A stretch of 41,613 nt of DNA. Origin: Patescibacteria group bacterium (lineage in GTDB: Bacteria; Patescibacteriota; Minisyncoccia; UBA6257; GWB1-50-10). The stretch lies in the NCBI GenBank assembly GCA_038061595.1, contig JBBTYZ010000015.1, forward strand, positions 1 through 41,613. The letters are read 5' to 3'. Within the stretch, counting starts at the first letter, position 1, and the number at the start of each line of letters is the position of its first letter. Under the pieces are notes generated by a model that worked only from the letters and a program-made list of their open reading frames with translations, had not been told where the DNA came from and made no database searches. Made by a program: the position numbers and the translations under genes. This document shows positions 7,950 to 16,654 of this stretch, piece by piece.

Positions 7950-9578
7950 ATGCGAATACTTACGGGTAAAAAGTGGCGCGATGGCTTCCTAGATTACCAT
8001 CGGAACAAAAAGGAATACCGCATACAAGTTCTCGCTTGGAAAGACTTGGAAAAGCTTGAGAATGTTTACCACACACGTGCCAAAAGCTTGCGGCTTCTTA
8101 TGAATTACCTGCCGGTTGTTGGTCCCGAGGGACTCATCACAAAAACCTGGTCAAGGATAAGAGAGGAAAGGCGCAATGAAAAATACCTCGGCTGTGGAAT
8201 AGGAATAGTTATGGAAAAGCCCGAAGGCGGCAGCTTTTCTGTGGGAGATGTTGTCGCATTCGTTGCTCCTTGGCACCCACCCCTTTCGGAAAGAATCGTG
8301 TTGCCGGAAATGCTTGTTGCCAAAATAGACAGCACTAGTATGCCCGAGCTCAAAGAGAACACTATTCTTTTCCAACCCTTGAAATCCAAAGAAACTCAAA
8401 ATATTTGGTGGAAAGGCGTTAAAGCATGGAGTGTTTACTCTGGAATAGAGATTTCTGAAGCGACGAGGAAGGGGCTTCAAGATGGGCTAAAGAACGAAAT
8501 AAAAAATACCGATTGGGCGAAGTCGGAACATATTAACGCTAAAAATCCCAGCCCGATTGCAGAAATGAAGATTAAGGAGGGGGCGAGAGAGTCTGATTCC
8601 GGCAAGAAGAGCGGAGTTTTATTCGGCTACGGTAACTACGCCAAGATAAACATAATCCCCTACGCCGGCAAATTTGTTGATATAAAAACGGTTCACGAGA
8701 TAGACCCAACGCAGATATTCATTGAAAAGCGGGTTCAGAAGTGGGATTCTTCCCCATTTCCGAGAAAAGACGAAAAACATGATGTTTATTTCGTCGCAAG
8801 CTACAACCACACGCATGTTCCGATAACCCTTCATGCCCTGAAGCAAGGCGCGTATGTGTTGGTAGAAAAGCCGGTTGTTATGGACTATGAGGAATTGGAC
8901 GAGCTTGAAAAAGCCCTAAAGGTTGCGGGGAGAAAACTTTTTATCGGCTTCCACAAGCGCTATGGCTTGTTCAATGAATTGGCGCTCCAAGATTTGGGTG
9001 TAAAACGCGGCGAGCCGATTTCCTACCACTCAATAGTTTACGAGCTCATTCAGCCCGAATTTTTCTGGTACAACTGGCCTGTTTCCCGAAGCACATTCTT
9101 ATCAAACGGATGCCATCAGGTTGACCACTTCCTGCACTTGAACAACTGGAGCAAGCCCAAAGATGCCGATATAAAACTATTGCAGGATGATGCGGTTGAG
9201 GTTTGGATTGAGCTTGAAAACGGGGCGACATTCACCACAACCTTCAGCGAGAAAGGCGTGTATCGCGTTGGCCCAAGAGATCACGTTGAGCTCAAAGTCC
9301 ACGGCAGGAATGTAAGAATAACGGACGCTATAAAATATCAGTCAGAGGACAATCACAAAATAATCCGCAGGAAGAGAATATTTAAGACGAATAGCTACAG
9401 AGATATGTATGAAACGATTGGTAAGAAGATGGCCAATAACGAACCGGGCGATTCAATAGAATCGGTTTTGATTTCGTCAAAAATAATGCTGGATTTGGAA
9501 GAAAAATTGCAGAAAATGAAAAAATGGGGAAATAGATACGATAAGGCTAAAGATGAGTTTGAGAGGTATTTTTCTTAG
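7950..9578 (+). CDS. Gfo/Idh/MocA-family NAD(P) oxidoreductase with a ~215-aa N-terminal extension (GroES-like segment reminiscent of 'bi-domain' oxidoreductases)
   Basis: The C-terminal half has the Rossmann motif GVLFGYGNYAKINIIP and the family EKP motif (AYVLVEKPVVMDYEELDEL). The N-terminal segment YLGCGIGIVMEKPEGGSFSVGDVVAFV...LVAKI resembles the ADH GroES-like lobe. No ADH Rossmann domain lies between the two. Confidence 0.65.
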   Translation: MRILTGKKWRDGFLDYHRNKKEYRIQVLAWKDLEKLENVYHTRAKSLRLLMNYLPVVGPEGLITKTWSRIREERRNEKYLGCGIGIVMEKPEGGSFSVGDVVAFVAPWHPPLSERIVLPEMLVAKIDSTSMPELKENTILFQPLKSKETQNIWWKGVKAWSVYSGIEISEATRKGLQDGLKNEIKNTDWAKSEHINAKNPSPIAEMKIKEGARESDSGKKSGVLFGYGNYAKINIIPYAGKFVDIKTVHEIDPTQIFIEKRVQKWDSSPFPRKDEKHDVYFVASYNHTHVPITLHALKQGAYVLVEKPVVMDYEELDELEKALKVAGRKLFIGFHKRYGLFNELALQDLGVKRGEPISYHSIVYELIQPEFFWYNWPVSRSTFLSNGCHQVDHFLHLNNWSKPKDADIKLLQDDAVEVWIELENGATFTTTFSEKGVYRVGPRDHVELKVHGRNVRITDAIKYQSEDNHKIIRRKRIFKTNSYRDMYETIGKKMANNEPGDSIESVLISSKIMLDLEEKLQKMKKWGNRYDKAKDEFERYFS

Positions 9579-10134
9579 TTTGTGGACTCTCGGGTTTATT
9601 AAAACTTAAAGCAGTTTTTGTTACCCAAACAGATTCGCCAGTTCTCAATTCTAATTTCGCTTCAACTGATTTTATAAGTTCGTGAGGTAGCTTATCTTTC
9701 GGATCAATCCTTATTTCGCCAGTACCCCCATCTAAAATGAGGTGTGCATGCTCGCCAGATCTTTTTTCAGTGATAAATATATGTTGATCTTCACCATCAA
9801 CAACCGACTGAATATCTACGTTGTCATTCGACAGCATAGCTTTTATTTTTCTTCCTTCTTTATATTCTTCAAGCAAGGCTACCCAGCCATCCAATTGGAT
9901 TGCCTCATCTGCTGATACAAAACCATCTCTCGCTTGCTTTGTCCAGGTAGTTACTTTGCTCAGTTTCTCTGCTTTCCTTTTTAAAAGGTTGTTCGTAAAT
10001 AGGCTGGTTGCTTCTTTTGCGATACGAAAAGCTTCAGATTTATCTTGATGCCTAGCAAGGCCCTGTCCTATCAAATCTTGTATCTTTTTGATTTCTTTAA
10101 TCGCGACATCAATTTTTTCATAATTTGTAACCAT
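9547..10134 (-). CDS. Hypothetical protein, no recognisable family (terminal gene of the minus-strand array)
   Basis: 195 aa with no TM helix or signal peptide. The N-terminal half is helical and charged; the C-terminal half is beta-like (DGEDQHIFITEKRSGEHAHLILDGGTGEIRID). The ATG lies 1 nt after the wecB stop. The 3' end overlaps the convergent gene 7950..9578 by 32 nt. Confidence 0.55.
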   Translation of the reverse strand: MVTNYEKIDVAIKEIKKIQDLIGQGLARHQDKSEAFRIAKEATSLFTNNLLKRKAEKLSKVTTWTKQARDGFVSADEAIQLDGWVALLEEYKEGRKIKAMLSNDNVDIQSVVDGEDQHIFITEKRSGEHAHLILDGGTGEIRIDPKDKLPHELIKSVEAKLELRTGESVWVTKTALSFNKPESPQTKKNTSQTHL

Positions 10135-10135
10135 T

Positions 10136-11299
10136 TTATATCACCTCAACAATTTTCTCCGCGGCCTTTCCATCTCCATATGGATTTTTCTTTCCTGTCA
10201 TAGAAGCGTAAGATGCTGGGTTATCCAAAAGTTCAAAAACAGCTTTAACAATTCTTTCCTTATTCGTTCCCACGAGTCGGCTTACGCCTGCTTCCACTCC
10301 CTCACCTCGCTCAGTTTTCTCACGCATTACAAGCACGGGTTTCCCCAAAGACGGCGCCGCCTCCTGTATGCCCCCCGAATCAGTCAAAATCATATAGGAT
10401 TTATTCATCAAAAATGCGAAAGGTTCGTAAGCAACTGGCGTGGTTAGAACAATATTCTCCTGCCCCGTGAGCATTGAGTGCGCCAAGCTTTGGACATTAG
10501 GATTCGGATGCACCGGAAAAACAATCAAGACATCCTTTCTCTTGCTCGCAATTTCTTTCAACGCTTCAAATATATTTTTAAGCCCCTCGCCAAAACTTTC
10601 TCGTCTGTGCGCTGTAACTAAAATTAATTTTTTGCCGCTTTCCAAATTGACTCCATAATCCTTAGAAAGATTATTCTCCAGTCTTTTCGCAACCGCAGGG
10701 TCTTTATAACGATTCAAGACCCACAAGAGTGCATCTATCTCCGTATTCCCCACCAAATGGATTTTACTGGCGCTTACTCCCTCTCTTAAAAGGTTTTGCT
10801 TAGCGGTTTCGGTAGGAGCGAAATGAATATCCGCGAGTCGGCACAAAAGCTGTCTATTCATCTCCTCTGGAAAAGGAGAATATTTGTCGTATGTCCTCAA
10901 GCCCGCTTCAACATGGGCAATAGGAACTCTCGCAAGAAAACCGAAGAATGCCGCAAGGAAAACGGTGGATGTATCCCCTTGCACCATCAGTAAGTCGGGT
11001 TTTTCTTTTTTTAGAATTCTCATAAACCTCAAAAAGCCAAAACCGCTCCGAGCCAGAGTTATTAATTTTTTAACAGGATTAACGCTTGAAGAGAATAAAT
11101 CTTTGTCGCTCACGGATATCGGCAAATCAAAATCCGGCTTTATTCCAAATGTTTTTAAAACCTGATCCAGCATATCTTTATGCTGGCGGAAAACACAAAC
11201 CAAGGCCTCAAATTTGCCCGTTCTTTTTGCTTCTATTATGACTGGAGCGAGTTTTATCGCCTCAGGACGGGTGCCAAATACTATTAATACTTTCTTCAT
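10136..11299 (-). CDS. wecB: UDP-N-acetylglucosamine 2-epimerase (non-hydrolysing)
   Basis: 387 aa with the canonical N-terminus KVLIVFGTRPEAIKLAPVI. It also has HVEAGLRT, the TDSGGIQEEA-like string (LTDSGGIQEAAPSLGKPVLVMR) and GDG near the C-terminus. Confidence 0.92.
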   Translation of the reverse strand: MKKVLIVFGTRPEAIKLAPVIIEAKRTGKFEALVCVFRQHKDMLDQVLKTFGIKPDFDLPISVSDKDLFSSSVNPVKKLITLARSGFGFLRFMRILKKEKPDLLMVQGDTSTVFLAAFFGFLARVPIAHVEAGLRTYDKYSPFPEEMNRQLLCRLADIHFAPTETAKQNLLREGVSASKIHLVGNTEIDALLWVLNRYKDPAVAKRLENNLSKDYGVNLESGKKLILVTAHRRESFGEGLKNIFEALKEIASKRKDVLIVFPVHPNPNVQSLAHSMLTGQENIVLTTPVAYEPFAFLMNKSYMILTDSGGIQEAAPSLGKPVLVMREKTERGEGVEAGVSRLVGTNKERIVKAVFELLDNPASYASMTGKKNPYGDGKAAEKIVEVI

Positions 11300-12522
11300 G
11301 ATGTCTTTGCCATTCTAAGTATATTTTCTATTTTATTCAAACAAACCTCTTTGGTGAAATTATTTAACACATAATTAAAGGCGTTTTTGCCGTATGCATT
11401 TAACTTTTCTTTTTCAAGAAACATCTTCTCTGTTAGCTCCAACATTTTTTGTTCGTCATCGGATCTGCCCGCCAAACCGCACTTTGCATCTTGAACTATC
11501 TTTACCCCATCACTCCTTTCGTGCAGAAATGCGAGGACTGGAAGCCCCGCTGCCATATAGCCCATCAGTTTTGCGGGAACTGCAGGCGTGGTATTTGCAC
11601 TTGTGAGCGACAAGATACCCACATCTGCGTCTTTAAGCATCCACGGATAATCCTCCTTAGAAACGAGTGGCTTGAAGACAACATTTGTTAGTTTCTTGCT
11701 CTCCGCAAGTTCTACAAGTTTCTTTTTCTCCGAACCTTCACCCACAAAAAGGAAGACAATTTCTTTATATTTTTTTAGCTTTTCGGCAATACGAATAAAC
11801 ATATCCAAACCTTGCGAAGGGCCCAAGACTCCTCCAAAAACGAATATAAATTTATTTTCCAATCCATATAGCTTTCTGAACTTACCAGTCCGCTCGGCTT
11901 CATCAAACGGCTTTATATCTATCCAATGCGGAACAACATGCATCTTTTGAAGCGAAACTCCCCGCTCTTTATTGGCGAATGTTTTGTGAGCTTCAGATGG
12001 CGTTACTATTATGTCCGAGTTTTTATAAGCACGCTCTTCCATTCTTCTAAAAAAGCGTATTAGGAATTTGTTCTTTAAGACACCCAAATCTATAGCGTTC
12101 TGCGGGAAAAAGTCCTGAAGGTTTAAAACATATTTCGCTCCATAATCCCTTTTCACAAGTTCCGCAGTAATTGTGAGAGGCAACGGCGGACTATGAACCC
12201 AAACAAAATCAATGTTCCCCTTAATATGCTTTTGTATATGGCGAAAGAATATATAAGGAAGCGTGACTTGCGAAATTCCCTTCATAACAAAGCCGACATT
12301 GTGATGAGGCAATACATTAGCCCGAATAACCGTTATGCCGTCCTCCTTAGAAACACCAGCAGAAACATTGGTGCCCACTGCCACATTATGCTCGGAAGGA
12401 CGCGAGGTCATAACAAAAACTTCGTGCCCATGCTCCTTAAAGCCGTCCGCCATTTCCTTCATCAAATGAGATGAAGAACGGGTCTCTGGCGGATATGAGT
12501 CTGTAACTATTAATATGCGCAT
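11296..12522 (-). CDS. GT4 glycosyltransferase (WcaI/WbuB-like)
   Basis: 408 aa. MRILIVTDSYPPE...GHEV at the N-terminus and a C-terminal PAKLMGYMAAGLPVLA motif are typical of the WcaI/WbuB subgroup. It has an ATGA overlap with wecB. Confidence 0.8.
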   Translation of the reverse strand: MRILIVTDSYPPETRSSSHLMKEMADGFKEHGHEVFVMTSRPSEHNVAVGTNVSAGVSKEDGITVIRANVLPHHNVGFVMKGISQVTLPYIFFRHIQKHIKGNIDFVWVHSPPLPLTITAELVKRDYGAKYVLNLQDFFPQNAIDLGVLKNKFLIRFFRRMEERAYKNSDIIVTPSEAHKTFANKERGVSLQKMHVVPHWIDIKPFDEAERTGKFRKLYGLENKFIFVFGGVLGPSQGLDMFIRIAEKLKKYKEIVFLFVGEGSEKKKLVELAESKKLTNVVFKPLVSKEDYPWMLKDADVGILSLTSANTTPAVPAKLMGYMAAGLPVLAFLHERSDGVKIVQDAKCGLAGRSDDEQKMLELTEKMFLEKEKLNAYGKNAFNYVLNNFTKEVCLNKIENILRMAKTS

Positions 12523-13316
12523 TATTTTCTGTTTTTATATAGCTTATAGACTTCTTTATCCACAATCCATCTATACCAGAAACCATGCAAAAAATGGAAC
12601 TTCGTGCCTGAAATACCGTCTAAAAAACCCAATTGGAAAAAATACCGGTATGTAAAATATAAAAATACGCGCAAGAATGCAGGTGTTCGATAGTAAATAT
12701 TCCTCTTGCTCCCCGTACCGTATCCTCCAAAATAAACCTCCTCTGCCTCGCGCACTGCATAATTCCTGTGTTTTTTTATCCAATGACTTAATCCATTAAG
12801 ATTGTTGTCGATAAAATCATTATTTAATCTATCGCTTTTGCCATCAGACAAGATTATGTGTTCGTCCATCCTCCTCACCTCTGAACGAGCCCTGCCCTTG
12901 CGCCACAAACGCAAAAACCAAACTGGATAATACCCGCCATGCTTCATCCAATGCTCCATGAAATAAACCCTGCGTTTCATTTCAAAACCGGTTATCCCCT
13001 CTGGCGCATTCGGCAATACTTTTTCTATTTCAGCCCAAAGTTCGGGCAAAACCTCTTCATCGGCATCCAATTTCAAAATCCATTCGCTCTTTATTTCCAA
13101 ATTGTCCAAAGCCCAATTAAATTGCTGAGCCTGATCTTTGAAAGGGTTTTTTGCAACTATGGCGCCATACTTTTTCGCTATTTCCAAGGTTTTGTCCGTG
13201 GAATAAGAGTCAACAACAAAAATCTCACTAGCGCGCCCCGCCACGCTCTTTAAGCATTTTTCAAGATTGAGCTCTTCGTTAAAAGTTAGGATTATCGCTG
13301 TTATTGGAAGCTTCAT
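12522..13316 (-). CDS. GT2 glycosyltransferase (WaaE/KdtX-like size and layout)
   Basis: 264 aa with ITAIILTFNEE...VVDSYSTDKT...LDADE (DxD). Confidence 0.8.
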   Translation of the reverse strand: MKLPITAIILTFNEELNLEKCLKSVAGRASEIFVVDSYSTDKTLEIAKKYGAIVAKNPFKDQAQQFNWALDNLEIKSEWILKLDADEEVLPELWAEIEKVLPNAPEGITGFEMKRRVYFMEHWMKHGGYYPVWFLRLWRKGRARSEVRRMDEHIILSDGKSDRLNNDFIDNNLNGLSHWIKKHRNYAVREAEEVYFGGYGTGSKRNIYYRTPAFLRVFLYFTYRYFFQLGFLDGISGTKFHFLHGFWYRWIVDKEVYKLYKNRK

Positions 13317-13350
13317 TCATGGTTAAGATACCACAATCTTTTTATAATCA

Positions 13351-14136
13351 CTACCGAGATTTCGCATACAAATAGCCGGATTCATTATTATATTCCTTAT
13401 ACACAACCTCGAATTTTTTGGACTCTAAGCTTTTTTTGATTAGAGACGGATCGCAATAAGGCAGGTGTAATTCCATAGCGATTTTATCAACACAATCTAA
13501 CCATTCTAAATTTCTAAATAAATCTGACTCGGAACCCTCTATGTCAATTTTCACAAATTGAAATCTATCAATCTTATGCTCATTCCTTAACTCTTCTATG
13601 ACGAGGTGGGGCGGCAATACTCCCTTGTGACGCAGGTTCTCTAAAATTTTTTTATTAGACATATCTCCGGTCGTACCGCCAACCAATCCCCAAATTGGGA
13701 TTATTTTATCAAGACAGTTATTCAGTTTGGCATTCTGAATTAATAAATCCAACGCATGACGATTCGGCTCTACAGCCATGACCCTACCCCCTAATTTAGC
13801 GGCTAGTATTGTGAATACCCCACCCGAAGCCCCTAAATCCAAAACAGTGTCCCCATCTTTAATTAGAAAATCTTTATTTGGAAAATAGACATTGCTAGCA
13901 TAAATCTCTCCAGCATAACCAAACCATATGCCGGGAATAATAATGTTTACATTTTTTACATGAAACTTAGTCATTCTCGAATGCATTAGTGTGTACGGTA
14001 AGCTAGTGCTTCTATCTCTAACAATGGACGGAATGCTAAACAAAAGGTTTTTGCAGAAAAACAGATAAGATTCCTTGTCTAGGATAAAAAATAGGCGGTA
14101 CAGCCTCAAAACCAAATGATAAATTTTTTTAAACAT
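13351..14136 (-). CDS. FkbM-family SAM-dependent methyltransferase
   Basis: 261 aa with VLDLGASGGVFT...AVEPN... and the FkbM signature FVKIDIEGSE. Confidence 0.8.
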   Translation of the reverse strand: MFKKIYHLVLRLYRLFFILDKESYLFFCKNLLFSIPSIVRDRSTSLPYTLMHSRMTKFHVKNVNIIIPGIWFGYAGEIYASNVYFPNKDFLIKDGDTVLDLGASGGVFTILAAKLGGRVMAVEPNRHALDLLIQNAKLNNCLDKIIPIWGLVGGTTGDMSNKKILENLRHKGVLPPHLVIEELRNEHKIDRFQFVKIDIEGSESDLFRNLEWLDCVDKIAMELHLPYCDPSLIKKSLESKKFEVVYKEYNNESGYLYAKSR

Positions 14137-14145
14137 ACCAATCAG

Positions 14146-14778
14146 CTATTCGTGGGCTAATTTTTTGGCCAAGACAAAAATAGAATGAGATATTGGATAA
14201 AAACGACCGTAGTAACCACAGCCTTCTACCATTAACTTATTTTTCTCAAGAAGATTAAAAAGGGTCTTTTTAGAGAAGAAGCGCACATGAGGACCGGTTG
14301 GATTAAAATGCTTATCAAAGCCAAATATTGTAATTAACAGGTTTTTCAAAAATCCGTGATACGGCGTAGTTAAAAGAACTTTGCCACCAGGTTTTAATAT
14401 TCTGGACCATTCGCGTACGGCATTTTCAGTGTCGTAAATATGCTCTATGACTTCGGATGAAAAAATAAAATCCACAGAACTATCTTTTAATGGTACTGGA
14501 GCCCCGTCTTCAATCTCGTGAAAATCTAGGTTGGGCAACACTTGTCTTGCCTCCGCAATTGCGACTCTTGAGACATCTACTCCAACATAACGCGCATCCG
14601 GATTTATCTTCATCATCTCGCGCAAAATAAATCCGTTCCCACAACCAAAGTCCAATATAGCAATGCTCTTCTCTTTTGGAATCAGTTTTTGAAGTATGGG
14701 CCACTTCAATTGAAAATCACTCAACTGCCCTTGTTTGTCATCTCGATCCCAATAACGTTCGTAAAAACTTTTGGTCAT
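14146..14778 (-). CDS. Class I SAM-dependent methyltransferase
   Basis: 210 aa with motif I ILDFGCGNGF, post-I GVDVS, and motif II/III FIFSSEVIEH...LKPGGKVLL. Confidence 0.85.
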   Translation of the reverse strand: MTKSFYERYWDRDDKQGQLSDFQLKWPILQKLIPKEKSIAILDFGCGNGFILREMMKINPDARYVGVDVSRVAIAEARQVLPNLDFHEIEDGAPVPLKDSSVDFIFSSEVIEHIYDTENAVREWSRILKPGGKVLLTTPYHGFLKNLLITIFGFDKHFNPTGPHVRFFSKKTLFNLLEKNKLMVEGCGYYGRFYPISHSIFVLAKKLAHE

Positions 14779-15959
14779 TAGTTTACCAATTTATTATATG
14801 CCGCTAAAAATTGATCGGCTACGGATGGGGCAGAAAACTCTTTTAGCACAGACAACCTCCCTCTTTCGCCCATCTCTCTCGATTTTTCTGGATTTTGCAG
14901 AATGTTCAAAATAGATTCGGACAGCTCGCTCTCGTTCTTCTCAATCACGATACCTGCCACACTATTTTGGACACTAGGAGCAACACCAACATGCTTAGTT
15001 ACAACGACTGGTACTCTGAAATACATAGCCTCAACAACAGACATGGCAAAATTTTCTGAATATGAAGGTAATACAAAAACACTGCTACTTTTGTATGCCG
15101 CAACGAGATCTCTCCCTAAGAGCATCCCCGTGAAAACAACGCTTGACCGAAGCCCGTGTTTATTAATTAACTCCTCTACTTTTTTCTTATATCCCTCATC
15201 ATCCCCCCCAGCAATCACCAAAAGTGCTTTTGGTTCTTTTTTTATAATCAGGGAAAGGGCCGGTATAAGCGTATCAAGTCCCTTCTTCCAACTTATACGA
15301 CTTAAAAATAAAATTATTTTTATATCTTTTCCTATATTGAATTTATCCCTGAAAACCTCCGGCCGAGTATCTTGAACTTCTTTGAAATCGTCCTCATCGA
15401 AACTGTTGGGGATAACAATTCCCTGCCGCAACGGAAGCCCTTGAGCCTTATATTCTTCTTCCTCAATTGGAGCAGTAAAATGAATAGCTGTGGCATCTCT
15501 TAAATTATTATTTTCCAACAAGGCTATGTAGAATTTTTTCTTGATGTGGCTTTTTAACGCCAGGGGTTCTTTCATCAAGCTTCCTCGCGGAGAAATAATG
15601 TAAGGTTTGTTGAATTTCTTGGCATAATAAGCCCCTAGAGCGGAAGCGGATAAAAAAACTGATGTGATGTGAACCATATCAAAATCCTTGATATTTTCTT
15701 TAAGCGCTCGATGCAAGTCTCTTGAATAAAACCAAGCCCGAGGGAAAGAGCCCTTGAAATAGAAAACCCTTACGCCATCAACATCAACCGGTGTTCCTAG
15801 GGGAACCTTAAGGCTGTTTGGACCGTCAATGTCAGTTGTGTAAACAGAAACCTCCACGCCTTTTTTAACAAGCCATTTATTCCTATAGTGATCACTCTTT
15901 ATGGGCCCACCATAACGATAAGCCGGTAGATAGGCTGGAACGATATATAAAATTTTCAT
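14778..15959 (-). CDS. GT4 glycosyltransferase
   Basis: 393 aa with MKILYIVPAY..YGGP at the N-terminus and a C-terminal LPSYSENFAMSVVEAMYFRVPVVVT (EX7E-type) motif. Confidence 0.85.
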   Translation of the reverse strand: MKILYIVPAYLPAYRYGGPIKSDHYRNKWLVKKGVEVSVYTTDIDGPNSLKVPLGTPVDVDGVRVFYFKGSFPRAWFYSRDLHRALKENIKDFDMVHITSVFLSASALGAYYAKKFNKPYIISPRGSLMKEPLALKSHIKKKFYIALLENNNLRDATAIHFTAPIEEEEYKAQGLPLRQGIVIPNSFDEDDFKEVQDTRPEVFRDKFNIGKDIKIILFLSRISWKKGLDTLIPALSLIIKKEPKALLVIAGGDDEGYKKKVEELINKHGLRSSVVFTGMLLGRDLVAAYKSSSVFVLPSYSENFAMSVVEAMYFRVPVVVTKHVGVAPSVQNSVAGIVIEKNESELSESILNILQNPEKSREMGERGRLSVLKEFSAPSVADQFLAAYNKLVN

Positions 15960-16009
15960 ATAGCTTCAGAAAAATTTTTCACGATTTTTTAAATTAAAAA
16001 AAATTAGGC

Positions 16010-16597
16010 TTAAAATTCCTTCTCGACTTCCTCACAAATGACGTGCAACACCATTGTGTGAACCTCCTGAATCCGCGGAGTGTTTCTGGAAGGCACGACG
16101 ATTGATATGTCTGCGACGCCCCTCAAGGCCCCTCCATCGTTACCAAGCAGGCAGACGGTTTTAATGCTCATTTCTTTCGCCTTCTTTACTGCCTCAATTA
16201 TATTCTTTGAATTACCACTCGTGGAAATGCCGAAGAAAACATCTCCAGAAACCCCCAGCGCTTCTACTTCTCTTGCGAAAAGAGAATTGAAATCATAGTC
16301 GTTACTCCAGGCAGTCAGAGCAGATGTATCGGTTGTGAGCGCTATCGCCGGATGCCCCTTTCTTTCTCGTTTATATTTACAGACAAATTCTGCAGCGAAA
16401 TGCTGGGCATCCGCTGCCGAACCACCATTCCCCGCAACAAGAATCTTGTTCTTGTTTTTGAAACAATCTTTCACCAAAGAAACTGATTCGTGGACACTTT
16501 TTAAAAAATTGGCGTCATGCAAAAGAGCCGTACGCAAGGCCATAGACTCATTTATGTGGTCATTTATATAAGAATAATCACTGCCCATAACCATCAT
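16010..16597 (-). CDS. gmhA: D-sedoheptulose-7-phosphate isomerase (SIS domain)
   Basis: 195 aa with GNGGSAADAQHFAAEF, ISTSGNS and the conserved QE.H segment (RIQEVHTMVLH). Confidence 0.88.
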   Translation of the reverse strand: MMVMGSDYSYINDHINESMALRTALLHDANFLKSVHESVSLVKDCFKNKNKILVAGNGGSAADAQHFAAEFVCKYKRERKGHPAIALTTDTSALTAWSNDYDFNSLFAREVEALGVSGDVFFGISTSGNSKNIIEAVKKAKEMSIKTVCLLGNDGGALRGVADISIVVPSRNTPRIQEVHTMVLHVICEEVEKEF

Positions 16598-16654
16598 TTA
16601 ACCAAGATGGCCGAAATTAGCAAATCTGGTCTTTATTAGTAAGAGTCGAAAAGA

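Noticed and set aside
14902-15375. 157-aa plus-strand ORF antisense to the GT4 gene; similar cases at 5452..5805, 31049..31399, 35642..36019, 28000..28334, 37360..37677 and 40278..40627
   Set aside because: Each is nested inside a well-supported family-assigned CDS on the opposite strand. None has motifs, sensible start context or independent intergenic space. They are treated as frame shadows.
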